Part shown: piece by piece, positions 11,969 through 21,361 of the stretch
How positions within the stretch are numbered: the first letter of the stretch is position 1
Layout of the letters: each line of letters starts with the position of its first letter
Assembly (NCBI GenBank): GCA_046052125.1
Contig: JBJOMY010000002.1
Span: 192,001-256,000, forward strand
Source: Cyanobacteriota bacterium
GTDB lineage: Bacteria > Cyanobacteriota > Cyanobacteriia > PCC-6307 > Cyanobiaceae
Direction: 5' to 3'
Length of the DNA stretch: 64,000 nt
Position numbers and translations under genes: made by a program
The notes under the pieces: generated by a model
The model's input: only the letters and a program-made list of their open reading frames with translations
Told to the model about the DNA's origin: nothing
The model's database searches: none

Positions 11969-12430
11969 ATGGGCGACATCCCCTGGTGGCAACGATTGCT
12001 GGCGGTGCTCGCCTACCTGCTGCCCTGGGCCGACACCCTGCCCTTCGCCGAGTCGCTCGACAACCTCTTTCCCGCACTGCAATGGCTGATGCTGCCGGCG
12101 CTACCGGTGTTGCTGCTGGAGAGGAACGTGCCGTTTGGCGGTTTCCTGCTCTTCCTGGTGCTGTTCCTGGCGGTGGTGCGGAACCCCCGCATTCCCTACT
12201 TCCTACGCTTCAACGTGCTGCAGGCGATCCTGCTCGACATCGTGCTCGTGGTGGTGTCGCTGGCCTTCCAGCTGCTGCGGCTGGGCAGCCTGGGGTTCGC
12301 GGGCCGCACCCTCGCCAACACGGTGTTTCTGGGGATGCTCGTGCTGCTGGTGTTCGCCGTGGTGCAGTGCGTTCGCGGCAAGGAGGCTGATGTGCCCAGC
12401 CTGTCCGAGGCGGTGCGCATGCAGCTGTAG
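11969..12430 (+). CDS. Tic20/Ycf60 family membrane protein
   Basis: [13 protein letters not shown] and [14 protein letters not shown] motifs. Confidence 0.9.
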   Translation: MGDIPWWQRLLAVLAYLLPWADTLPFAESLDNLFPALQWLMLPALPVLLLERNVPFGGFLLFLVLFLAVVRNPRIPYFLRFNVLQAILLDIVLVVVSLAFQLLRLGSLGFAGRTLANTVFLGMLVLLVFAVVQCVRGKEADVPSLSEAVRMQL

Positions 12431-12519
12431 GGTGGGCAATCCGCCGCTGGAGAGCAGGGGCTCAGCCCCGAAGCGCCAGCCACCGTTCCCTTCGGCGTCC
12501 ACGTCGGATCGCGCAAGTC

Positions 12520-12888
12520 ATGTCGCAGCCCTACTACGAAACGATGTACATCCTTCGTCCGGACATCCCGGAGGAAGAGGTGGAGACCCATGTCACCAAG
12601 TACCGCGATCTGGTGACTGAAGCCGGCGCTGAGGTGCTCGATTGCCAGATGCGCGGCAAGCGCCGCCTGGCTTACCCGATCGCCAAGCACAAGGAAGGCA
12701 TCTACGTGCAGCTCGCCCACAACGGCGACGGTCAGCAGGTGGCCACCCTCGAGAAGGCGATGCGCATCAGCGAAGACGTGATCCGCTACCTCACCGTGAA
12801 GCAGGACGGTCCTCTGCCCGCTCCCCGCACCGGCCCCATCCCCCAGGCCAGCAGCGACGCTGCCGCCCTGCAGACCACCGAAGCCTGA
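12520..12888 (+). CDS. rpsF: 30S ribosomal protein S6
   Basis: [19 protein letters not shown] and VIRYL motifs. Confidence 0.98.
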   Translation: MSQPYYETMYILRPDIPEEEVETHVTKYRDLVTEAGAEVLDCQMRGKRRLAYPIAKHKEGIYVQLAHNGDGQQVATLEKAMRISEDVIRYLTVKQDGPLPAPRTGPIPQASSDAAALQTTEA

Positions 12889-12905
12889 TCGCTTCCTGCA
12901 GCTTG

Positions 12906-12946
12906 AATCCCGGCCAGGCCTTGGTTAAGGTTTGGCCGGGATTTTT
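12906..12946 (+). terminator. Long hairpin, probable terminator of rpsF
   Basis: 17-bp stem with 2 G-U pairs, AATCCCGGCCAGGCCTT-GGTT-AAGGTTTGGCCGGGATT, followed by TTT. Confidence 0.75.
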
Positions 12947-12965
12947 GCTTTCAGGACTGGATACG

Positions 12966-13367
12966 GTGGACGCGACGATCGCCGACCAGCCTGAACAAGA
13001 ACCAGAGCTGATCACCCACGAGCAGCAGTTGAAGCTGGCCTTGGCCAGTGCCGAGCGCAAGCTCGCCGAAGCACGGCTGCAGATTGCCGAACTGGAGGCC
13101 CTGCTCGACGAGATCCCGGAGATCTTCGAGCGCAAGTTCGAACAACGGCTGCAACCGGTGTTGGAGCGTCAAGAGCGGCTGCTCGACGACAACACCGACC
13201 TGCGCCAACAGATCCAGCTGCTCGCTCCGGTGCCGGGAGAAGTGCGGCTCCGCTTCAATCCAGAGGCCGGCCGAGCGAGCAACAGCCTCTCGCTGCCGCA
13301 GCTGCCGAGCAGGCCCCCCATCCGCCGCGTGGGCCGGGCTGATCGCCAGGGCCCACGCGCCGCCTGA
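12966..13367 (+). CDS. Hypothetical coiled-coil protein
   Basis: GTG start with TCAGGA upstream; heptad-rich sequence (LASAERKLAEARLQIAELEALLDEIPEIFERKF); fills the rpsF-argG gap. Confidence 0.65.
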   Translation: MDATIADQPEQEPELITHEQQLKLALASAERKLAEARLQIAELEALLDEIPEIFERKFEQRLQPVLERQERLLDDNTDLRQQIQLLAPVPGEVRLRFNPEAGRASNSLSLPQLPSRPPIRRVGRADRQGPRAA

Positions 13368-14567
13368 TCAGCGCTGGCTGGCGGCCCAGAGGCGTGTGGG
13401 GAGACCCCACACGTAGATGAAGCCCTCGGCGGCGCGGTGATCGAACTGATCGCCGGCGTCATAGGTGGCCATATCGGGCACGTAGAGGCTGTTGGCGCTG
13501 CTGCGGCCCACCACGGTGGCGTTGCCCTTGTGCAGCTTCACCTTCACGCTGCCGTTCACCGTGCGCTGGGTGCGCTCAATGAAGCCATCAAGGGCGTCCT
13601 TCAGCGGGCCATACCAGAGGCCCTGATACACCTGATCCGCCCACTGCTGCTCCAGCTGACGCTTGCTGCGCAGCACATCGGCGGCGAGGGTGAGGCTCTC
13701 CAGCTCCTGATGCGCCTTGATCAGCAGGAGCAGGCCAGGGGTTTCGTAGATCTCACGGCTCTTGATGCCCACCACCCGGTTCTCGATCATGTCGAGCCGG
13801 CCGAAGCCGTGGCTGCCGGCCAGTTCGTTGGCACGGCGGATCAGGCTCACCGGATCGAGCTGCACCCCATCAATGCTCACGGGATTGCCGTTCTCAAAAC
13901 CGATCTCCACCACCTGGGGCTGATCGGGAGCGGCATCCACGCTCACGGTGAGGGCATAGATCTCCTCGGGGGGCTCCACGTTGGGATCCTCGAGGGGGCC
14001 GGCCTCAATCGAGCGGCCCAACAGGTTGAGATCGATTGAATAGGGCGACTTCTTGCTCACGGGCGAGGGGATGCCGCAGCGCTCGCCGTAGGCGATGGTT
14101 TCCTCGCGGCTCATGCCCCACTCCCGGGCGGGGGTGAGCACCTTCAGATCGGGGGCAAGGGCGCCGATGGCCACATCGAAACGCACCTGGTCGTTGCCCT
14201 TGCCGGTGCAACCGTGGGCCACCGCATCAGCGCCTACCTCGCGGGCAATCTCCACCAGGCGGCGGGCGATCAGCGGGCGCGCCAGGGCGGTGGAGAGGGG
14301 ATAACGGCCCTCATACAGAGCATTGGCGCGGATCGCCGGGAAGGCGAACTCCTTGATGAAGGGCTCGATCAGGTCGCCCACGATCGACTGGCTGGCACCG
14401 GAATCGAGCGCCTTCTGGCGGATCGGCTCGAGCTCGTCGCCCTGGCCCAGGTCGGCGGCGAAGGTGATCACCTCCTCCACACCCCATTCGTTTTTGAGAT
14501 AGGGGATGCAGACGCTGGTGTCCACACCACCGGAATACGCCAGTACCGCCTTCTTGGCCCTGCCCAT
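13368..14567 (-). CDS. argG: Argininosuccinate synthase
   Basis: [23 protein letters not shown] and GIKSREIYE motifs. Confidence 0.98.
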   Translation of the reverse strand: MGRAKKAVLAYSGGVDTSVCIPYLKNEWGVEEVITFAADLGQGDELEPIRQKALDSGASQSIVGDLIEPFIKEFAFPAIRANALYEGRYPLSTALARPLIARRLVEIAREVGADAVAHGCTGKGNDQVRFDVAIGALAPDLKVLTPAREWGMSREETIAYGERCGIPSPVSKKSPYSIDLNLLGRSIEAGPLEDPNVEPPEEIYALTVSVDAAPDQPQVVEIGFENGNPVSIDGVQLDPVSLIRRANELAGSHGFGRLDMIENRVVGIKSREIYETPGLLLLIKAHQELESLTLAADVLRSKRQLEQQWADQVYQGLWYGPLKDALDGFIERTQRTVNGSVKVKLHKGNATVVGRSSANSLYVPDMATYDAGDQFDHRAAEGFIYVWGLPTRLWAASQR

Positions 14568-14851
14568 CAACGCTCTCCGTGCGCGCAATCGATCGATTCT
14601 CCACTGTCGCGGTGGCGCAGCATCCGCGCGATCAGCAGGGCCGCCATCAAAGCCGGCGGCACCAGCACCAAGGCCAGGGCCACGAGCGCAGCCCGGCCTG
14701 GATCCGCCTGGGCCCAGGTTTGCTGCAGCAAAGGGATGGGCCAGCGCGCACCAGCTCCCACCAACAACGCGCTGAGCGCCAGGGCTGCAAGCCAGGGCTT
14801 CAGCAGAGCGCGCCAGACGGGGGTTTCAAGGTGCGCCAGGGAATTCACCAT
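14567..14851 (-). CDS. Small hypothetical membrane protein (2 TM)
   Basis: Two hydrophobic helices; GGAG upstream of the ATG; stop overlaps the argG start. Confidence 0.6.
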   Translation of the reverse strand: MVNSLAHLETPVWRALLKPWLAALALSALLVGAGARWPIPLLQQTWAQADPGRAALVALALVLVPPALMAALLIARMLRHRDSGESIDCAHGER

Positions 14852-14939
14852 GCTGCTCCGTTAGGATGGCTGATTGGCAACCGCCGGGCCGCAGGCCCCC
14901 AAGCGCCGCCCGCCAGCCGAACGCCCTAAGCAGAACGCG

Positions 14940-15215
14940 ATGAGCAGCAATCTCAGCACAAGCCTCAGCCAGCTGGATGGCATCAACCCGTCGCTCACCC
15001 GCTACGGCCGCAACGAGCCTGCGCCCGTGCTGCCCCTGCGCGAGGAGCCCGATCTGTTGAGCTGGCTCGAGAGCAGTGGGCGCCTGGTGGCCGATGAGGA
15101 AACCGCCAGCAGCGATGTGAGCACCGTGGAAGAGGAAGAGCTCTCCGCGCTCATGGGCGAAAAAGAGGACTACAACGCCGCCGACGAGCAGACCGAGGAA
15201 GACTGGGAGGACTGA
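14940..15215 (+). CDS. DUF3134-like acidic cyanobacterial protein
   Basis: [32 protein letters not shown] followed by an acidic tail. Confidence 0.8.
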   Translation: MSSNLSTSLSQLDGINPSLTRYGRNEPAPVLPLREEPDLLSWLESSGRLVADEETASSDVSTVEEEELSALMGEKEDYNAADEQTEEDWED

Positions 15216-15259
15216 TTCCTCAGCAGCCCTTGATCTCCCCCACCAGGCTGATCGCCGCG

Positions 15260-16324
15260 ATGCCCAGCAACAGCCGCTCCCTGGCGCTGTTGCTGGGCTT
15301 GCTGCTGTTGGGCGTTTCCGTCTTGAGCGACTGGCTCAGCCAGGCCCCGCAACTCACCCTGCCGCTCGTGATCAGCGCTGCGGTGAGCGCTCTGCTCTGC
15401 GCCTGGGGCGTGCCGCAGCTGCGGCGCTTGAAGCTGGGACAGGTGATTCGCGAGGAAGGGCCCCAGGCGCACCAGAGCAAAGCGGGCACCCCCACCATGG
15501 GCGGCCTGCTGGTGGTGCCTGTGGGGGTAATTGCTGGTGGTCTGGTAGCCCCTGCAGACCAGCGGCTGCTGGCGGTGGCCGCAATCACCCTGGCCACCAT
15601 GGCCATCGGCGCTGTGGACGACTGGCGCAGCCTCACCAAACGCCACAACACCGGCCTCACTCCGCGCGGGAAGCTGCTGCTGCAGGCCCTCTGCGCCGTG
15701 GCCTTTCTGGCCTGGGCCCACTGGGATCAGCAGGTGGCTGCGTTCATCGCCCTGCCCCTCGGCTGGGTGCTGCCGCTGGGGCTGCTGATCTGGCCGCTGG
15801 GGCTATTTGTGTTTCTGGCGGAGAGCAACGCCACCAACCTCACCGATGGCCTCGATGGCCTGGCGGCCGGCTGCGGAGCAATTGTGTTCAGCGGCCTGGG
15901 GCTGCAACTGATGCTCAGGGGCCATGAAGGCGATCCCGCCATGGCCGGCTTCTGCGCCGCCATGGCGGGCTGCTGGTTGGGTTTTCTGCTGTTCAACCGT
16001 CACCCGGCTCGGGTGTTCATGGGCGACACCGGCTCCCTGGCCATGGGCGCAGCCCTGGCCGCGGTGGCGCTACTCAGCAACAGCCTCTGGCCGCTGCTGG
16101 TGATGGGCGGGGTGTTCCTGGCGGAGTCGCTGTCGGTGATCGCCCAGGTGTGGGTGTTCAAAGCCACCAAGGATCCCGCCACCGGCCAGGGCAAACGCGT
16201 GCTGCGCATGGCGCCGCTGCACCACCACTTCGAGCTCGGCGGTGCCAGTGAGCAGCAGGTGGTGGTGGGCTTCTGGCTGATCAGCCTGATACTGGTGATC
16301 GTGGGCCTGGTGCTGTTGCCCTGA
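15260..16324 (+). CDS. mraY: Phospho-N-acetylmuramoyl-pentapeptide transferase
   Basis: [28 protein letters not shown] and MAPLHHHFE motifs. Confidence 0.97.
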   Translation: MPSNSRSLALLLGLLLLGVSVLSDWLSQAPQLTLPLVISAAVSALLCAWGVPQLRRLKLGQVIREEGPQAHQSKAGTPTMGGLLVVPVGVIAGGLVAPADQRLLAVAAITLATMAIGAVDDWRSLTKRHNTGLTPRGKLLLQALCAVAFLAWAHWDQQVAAFIALPLGWVLPLGLLIWPLGLFVFLAESNATNLTDGLDGLAAGCGAIVFSGLGLQLMLRGHEGDPAMAGFCAAMAGCWLGFLLFNRHPARVFMGDTGSLAMGAALAAVALLSNSLWPLLVMGGVFLAESLSVIAQVWVFKATKDPATGQGKRVLRMAPLHHHFELGGASEQQVVVGFWLISLILVIVGLVLLP

Positions 16325-16578
16325 TGGCGTATTTCACCTGGAAGGAAGCCGGCCTAACGGCCGATTGCGCCAGCCTCGAAGCGATGGCGGCGCGGTTTGA
16401 GGAAGCGGCTGCGCTGATGCGCCGCATGGCGAACGAAGGGTTCGTGCTGGAGCGCCACAGCGATGGCCAGCACATCACCCACAGTGATGACTCCGTTTTC
16501 GCCGCCTACGGCTTCATCGATGAGCAATCGCCGGTGCGGCAGCTGAATCTGATCGACTCCATCGGAAGCGCCGGCTGA
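16324..16578 (+). CDS. Small hypothetical protein
   Basis: TGATG overlap with the mraY stop; typical codon usage. Confidence 0.7.
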   Translation: MAYFTWKEAGLTADCASLEAMAARFEEAAALMRRMANEGFVLERHSDGQHITHSDDSVFAAYGFIDEQSPVRQLNLIDSIGSAG

Positions 16579-16589
16579 ACGGCTGGCCC

Positions 16590-16778
16590 TCAGCCAGGCC
16601 GCCGCAGATAGCCCACCAGCCACACCACAATGAAGGCCAGCGCCGAAAGACCCAGATACACCAGGGTCCAGCGCTGCAGGCTCTCGATGCTCAACCCGTT
16701 GAGCAGGCCATCGGCGGCATCACCAGCAGTGGCATAGCCCAAGAACAACAGCCGGGCCAACGGAAGGAACAGCAGCAC
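16590..16778 (-). CDS. Small hypothetical membrane protein
   Basis: GTG start assumed; C-terminal TM helix WTLVYLGLSALAFIVVWLVGYL. Confidence 0.55.
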   Translation of the reverse strand: MLLFLPLARLLFLGYATAGDAADGLLNGLSIESLQRWTLVYLGLSALAFIVVWLVGYLRRPG

Positions 16779-16828
16779 AGGGGAGCGCCGGGGCAGGATC
16801 GGGGCAGTCTCTCGCCTCAGCCGCGGCC

Positions 16829-18019
16829 ATGGCCAGCTCAACCTTTCCGCGCACCCTGTTGCTCTTGGGCAGCGGTGAGCTGGGCAAGGAGGTGGCGATC
16901 GCCGCCCAACGCCTGGGCTGCCGCGTGATCGCCGTGGATCGCTACGCCGGCGCACCGGCGATGCAGGTGGCGGATGTGGCCGAGGTGGTGGCCATGACCG
17001 ACCCAGAGGCGCTCAAGGCCGTGGTGCGCCGGCACCAGCCCGATGTGGTGATCCCTGAAATCGAAGCGCTAGCGGTGGATGCCCTGGCGGAGCTGGAAGC
17101 TGGCGGCATCACTGTGATCCCCACGGCCCGGGCCACGGCCGTCACCATGAACCGCGACCGGATCCGCGATCTGGCCGCCTCGGAGCTGGGGCTGCGCACG
17201 GCGCGCTTCGCCTATGCGGCAAGCGCCGAGGAGCTGGCCGCCGCGGCCGCACCCCTGGGCTGGCCAGTGGTGGTGAAACCGGTGATGAGCTCGTCCGGCA
17301 AAGGCCAGAGCGTGGTGGAGGGGCCGGAAGACATCACCGCCGCCTGGGAAGCAGCGATGGCTGGCGCCCGGGGCAGCGGCGAGCGGGTGATCGTGGAAGA
17401 GTTCCTGCGCTTCGAGCAGGAGATCACCCTGCTCACGGTGAAGCAGTGGAACGGGCCCACCCTGTTCTGCCCGCCGATCGGTCACATCCAGGAACGGGGT
17501 GACTACCAATGCAGCTGGCAGCCGGCCCACCTGGAGTGGGAGCAGCTGGCTGCCGCCCAGGCCATGGCCCGCCAGGTCACCGACAACCTCGGTGGAGCTG
17601 GAATCTTCGGGGTGGAGTTCTTCGTGTGCAGCACCGCCGATGGCGGCAGTGAAGTGGTGTTTTCCGAGCTCTCGCCCCGGCCCCATGACACAGGCCTGGT
17701 GACCCTCGCCGGCCAGAACCTGAGCGAGTTCGAGCTGCACCTGCGGGCGGTGCTGGGGCTACCGATCCCTGAGATCCGCTCCACCGGACCCGCCGCCAGC
17801 CGGGTGATCCTGGCTGAACAGGCCAGTGAAGCCGTGCGCTTCTCCGGCCTGGAGCAGGCCCTCGAAGAGGTGGATGTGCAGGTGCTGCTGTTCGGCAAGC
17901 CCGACACCCGGCCGTACCGCCGCATGGGTGTGGCCTTGGCCAGCGGCAGCAGCCTGGAGGAGGCCCAACAGCGCGCCGATCAGGCCGCGGCCGCCATCCG
18001 CGTGCTGCCGGCCAGCTGA
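16829..18019 (+). CDS. purT: Formate-dependent GAR transformylase
   Basis: GSGELGKE, KPVMSSSGKGQS, SPRPHDTG and RRMGV motifs. Confidence 0.97.
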   Translation: MASSTFPRTLLLLGSGELGKEVAIAAQRLGCRVIAVDRYAGAPAMQVADVAEVVAMTDPEALKAVVRRHQPDVVIPEIEALAVDALAELEAGGITVIPTARATAVTMNRDRIRDLAASELGLRTARFAYAASAEELAAAAAPLGWPVVVKPVMSSSGKGQSVVEGPEDITAAWEAAMAGARGSGERVIVEEFLRFEQEITLLTVKQWNGPTLFCPPIGHIQERGDYQCSWQPAHLEWEQLAAAQAMARQVTDNLGGAGIFGVEFFVCSTADGGSEVVFSELSPRPHDTGLVTLAGQNLSEFELHLRAVLGLPIPEIRSTGPAASRVILAEQASEAVRFSGLEQALEEVDVQVLLFGKPDTRPYRRMGVALASGSSLEEAQQRADQAAAAIRVLPAS

Positions 18020-18096
18020 TCCAGCTGGCCGAGAGGCCCAGACCCCACTGGCCACAAGGGAAGACGCGCGATACGGTTCGGCCACGCAAGCCGTTC

Positions 18097-19128
18097 ATGT
18101 CGCAGGCTCAGCCCAGTCCAGCCCCCCGCCGCGGGTCCCGTAGTCAGTCGCGCGGGCAGCTCAAGCCTGTGGAGCGGCAGCAGCGGCGCGGCCGTAGGAC
18201 GGCGCCCGCCAAGGCATCGGTGACGCCGCTGGACGAGCGCCGGCGGCCCAAGAAAACCCGGGGCGGCCTGCCCCGGTTGCCCCTGTTTGTGGCCGGCCTG
18301 GGCCTGGGCTATGGCCTCAACGGCCCGATTCCGCACCTGGCCGCCGGCCTGCTGGCCGGCCTGCACAGCCCCCATGCGGTGCTCGGCGCCTTGGTGTCGC
18401 CAGCGGGCATGGGTGATCGGCGCATTGTGGTGATGGGCACCGACCATGTGAGCACCAACACCGATGTGATGTTCACGGTGCAGCTCAAGGATGGCCGCAC
18501 CCAGCTCACCCAGGTGCCGCGCGACACCTTCATCGAGTCGGAGAAATACGGCGTGATGAAGGCCAACTCCCTCTACAGCAGTGGCGGACCCCAGATGGTG
18601 AAGCAGGAGCTGAGCAAGCTGCTCTCCGCGAAGGTGGATCGCTATCTGGTGATCAACCTTGGCGCCGTGCAGCGCCTGGCGGATGCCCTGGGCGGCGTGG
18701 AGGTGGATGTGCCGAAGCGGATGGTCTACGTGGACAACAGCCAGGGGCTGTACATCGACCTCTATCCAGGCCGGCAGCTGCTCAAGGGCGAGGCCCTCGA
18801 AGGCTTCCTGCGCTTCCGCCACGACGAGCTGGGCGACATCGGCCGCATGGAGCGCCAGAAGCTGGTGCTCAGTGAGGTGTTCAAAAAGCTCGCCAACCCC
18901 GTGATGGCCACCCGGCTCCCTGAGCTGATGCGCATTGCTGGAAAAGACGTCCTCACCGACCTCTCCCCCGTGGATATGGGCACCCTGGTAACGGCGATGG
19001 CCACCACCAAGCTCAGCTCCAGCCGCCTCTCGGGCACGCCCTACTGGCATGAAGACATCAGCTACTGGCTGCCCGACGCCAACCCCAACCGCGAGCTCTA
19101 CCGCAGCCAGGAGCGACCACCCCTCTGA
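18097..19128 (+). CDS. LCP (LytR-CpsA-Psr) family phosphotransferase
   Basis: MGTD, NTD, VPRD, LGGVEVDV and RFRHDELGDIGRMERQ motifs; Arg-rich N-terminus followed by a TM segment. Confidence 0.92.
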   Translation: MSQAQPSPAPRRGSRSQSRGQLKPVERQQRRGRRTAPAKASVTPLDERRRPKKTRGGLPRLPLFVAGLGLGYGLNGPIPHLAAGLLAGLHSPHAVLGALVSPAGMGDRRIVVMGTDHVSTNTDVMFTVQLKDGRTQLTQVPRDTFIESEKYGVMKANSLYSSGGPQMVKQELSKLLSAKVDRYLVINLGAVQRLADALGGVEVDVPKRMVYVDNSQGLYIDLYPGRQLLKGEALEGFLRFRHDELGDIGRMERQKLVLSEVFKKLANPVMATRLPELMRIAGKDVLTDLSPVDMGTLVTAMATTKLSSSRLSGTPYWHEDISYWLPDANPNRELYRSQERPPL

Positions 19129-19129
19129 A

Positions 19130-21247
19130 TCAACGCCGCAAAAAGCGGTAGTGATCCAGCCCTTCGAGCACACCCCACGCCTGACGGCGTGAGGCGAAAA
19201 ACACCGTGGAGCGGCGGCGCAGCTCATTGAGGGAGCGGTCGTGATCGCCCACCACCACCCCCAGGGCCCGGCCGCTGAGCAACTCACCATCCCCCTGCTG
19301 GGAGGCCACCACCAGCACCTGCTCCAGCGGCAACCCCCAGCTGAGGCTGAGATGGCGAATCGCCTCCGCTTTCGAGGCCCTCAACGGCAGCACATCCAAA
19401 AACCAGTGGTGGAACAGGTGGGCGCGGGCCTCAAGCCGGCCCTGCCGCACCCGTTGCCGCACCATCTCCGGCACACCAGCCGGCGGCGCTTGCAACGTGT
19501 AGCTCACCTTGAACGGGCCCTGCTGAGCCTCGGGCTGCGGCAACAGCCGCGGGGCCAGATCCGCCAGGGCCTGCTCCACGGCATCACGCCGCCAGCCCTG
19601 AGCAATGTGCTGCCGCCAGGCCTGATCCGGCACACCCTCGGGGCCATAGCGGATCTCCGTGCCTGCCTCGAGAATCCACACCTGGGGGAGCGGCAGATGC
19701 AGCTCCTGATAGCGCAGGCGGGCCGAGGCGAAACCGCGGCCGCTGAGCATGCCGATACCGCAGCTGGGGTCGGCGGCCAAACGCCGGCGCAGCTCCTGCA
19801 ACCCGGCGGGATCGGGGGCATCAAGGCACACATCCAGATCGAGCAGCAACAACCGCTTCACCGGGGGCGATGGCGCCGCCGCCACGGCCGACTGCGGCCG
19901 TGGCTCCACTAGCTCACATCGGCGCTGGGCCAGGCCCAGATAGCTACAGCCATGGGCATCCCAGCTGAAATGGCGGCTCACCGCCTCGATGCCGTTGTCG
20001 CGCCAGCGGCGCCAGCGCTGCGGGTCGGCGGCTGCAGCCTCCAGCCCCTGCTGCAGGGCATCGAGGTCCGTCACGTCCACCAGCTGGCCATTACCGCAGC
20101 GCTGCAGGATGTCGCGGGGCCCGCCGTCATCGGTGGCCACTACAGGCAACCCGCAGGCGGCGGCCTCCAGCAGCGTGAGGCCAAAGGGTTCGGTGAGGGC
20201 CGGGTTCACGAACACGCCGCCGCGGCGGGAGGCCCAGCGATACATCGCCGGGATGTCGTCGCCACCGTGCTGCTTGGGGTAGGCGACGCGCCCATAGAGA
20301 TCGAAGCGATCCACCAGCTCGAAAATCTGCTGAAACTGATCGCGCTGCTGCCTCTCCATGGCGCGGGGATCCTCCCGGCAGCCGAGCACCAACACCAGGT
20401 TGTGGCGCTCCTGCAGCAGAGCCGAGCGGCCATAGGCCTCCACCAGGGCCGGCACGTTTTTGCGGCGCACGGCCCGGCAGATGCAGAGCAGCGGCGGCTT
20501 CGCCGGCTCCCGCAAAAACGGATCCAACAGGGCTGAAATCGCCTGCTCTTCCCCGGGCAGCTCCTGAGGATGGAAGCGGCGGGCGTCCACCCCCGGCGGC
20601 ACCACAACGGCCTTCTGAGCCAGAAAGCGGTCGTAGCGGCTGTATTGCTGCTCCGCCTCCTGCTGGGTGCTGGTGATCACCAGCTCCGCCTGGGCGAGGG
20701 TGCGCTCCTCCGCATCAATGCGCTGGCTGATCGCGTAGCTGTGCTCGATCTGATCGTGGGTCATGCCCGCTGCCAGCAGGCGGCGCTGCTTCTCGCGGCC
20801 GAGGGAATGGCCCGTGAACACCAGAGGAATCCCCGTGCGCTGCGACACCAGCGCCCCCACATAACCGGCATCGGCGTAGTGGGCATGAATCCAATCTGGG
20901 CGGCGCTTCTGAGCCGCGACATGGGCCACCAGCGCATCGGCCAGCTCATCGAGGTGGGGCCAGAGCTGCTCCTTGCGCAGATAACGGCGGGGACCGAAGG
21001 GAAAGCGCAGGATGCAGGCACCGTTGCCGAGCTCCTCACGGGGCTGGCTGTAGTCCGGGGAAACGCGCCGGTCGTGGATCTGGCGGGTGATCACCTCAAC
21101 GCGGTCCACCTCCGGCCGCGCCGCCAGAGAGCGGATCAGCTCCAGCACATAGGTGGTCTGCCCGCCGGTATCAGCATCACGCCCTAATTCCAGCTGCTGA
21201 CCACGAAACAGACCATGCAGATGCAGGTGAAGCAGATAGGAACCCAC
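19130..21247 (-). CDS. sps: Sucrose-phosphate synthase with a C-terminal SPP-like HAD domain
   Basis: HGLFRG..ELGRDADTGGQ, HAHYADAG, RKN and NPALTEPFGLTLLEA motifs; HAD-like C-terminal domain. Confidence 0.93.
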   Translation of the reverse strand: MGSYLLHLHLHGLFRGQQLELGRDADTGGQTTYVLELIRSLAARPEVDRVEVITRQIHDRRVSPDYSQPREELGNGACILRFPFGPRRYLRKEQLWPHLDELADALVAHVAAQKRRPDWIHAHYADAGYVGALVSQRTGIPLVFTGHSLGREKQRRLLAAGMTHDQIEHSYAISQRIDAEERTLAQAELVITSTQQEAEQQYSRYDRFLAQKAVVVPPGVDARRFHPQELPGEEQAISALLDPFLREPAKPPLLCICRAVRRKNVPALVEAYGRSALLQERHNLVLVLGCREDPRAMERQQRDQFQQIFELVDRFDLYGRVAYPKQHGGDDIPAMYRWASRRGGVFVNPALTEPFGLTLLEAAACGLPVVATDDGGPRDILQRCGNGQLVDVTDLDALQQGLEAAAADPQRWRRWRDNGIEAVSRHFSWDAHGCSYLGLAQRRCELVEPRPQSAVAAAPSPPVKRLLLLDLDVCLDAPDPAGLQELRRRLAADPSCGIGMLSGRGFASARLRYQELHLPLPQVWILEAGTEIRYGPEGVPDQAWRQHIAQGWRRDAVEQALADLAPRLLPQPEAQQGPFKVSYTLQAPPAGVPEMVRQRVRQGRLEARAHLFHHWFLDVLPLRASKAEAIRHLSLSWGLPLEQVLVVASQQGDGELLSGRALGVVVGDHDRSLNELRRRSTVFFASRRQAWGVLEGLDHYRFLRR

Positions 21248-21361
21248 CCCAATCGACGGCGATTAACTCACCCTTAGCCATGGTTTCAAGGCCGCGCAGC
21301 AAGCCATGCGCAAGAGATCCGGTCTGCGTGCAAAAACGCTGACCAACAATCCAAAACCCAA

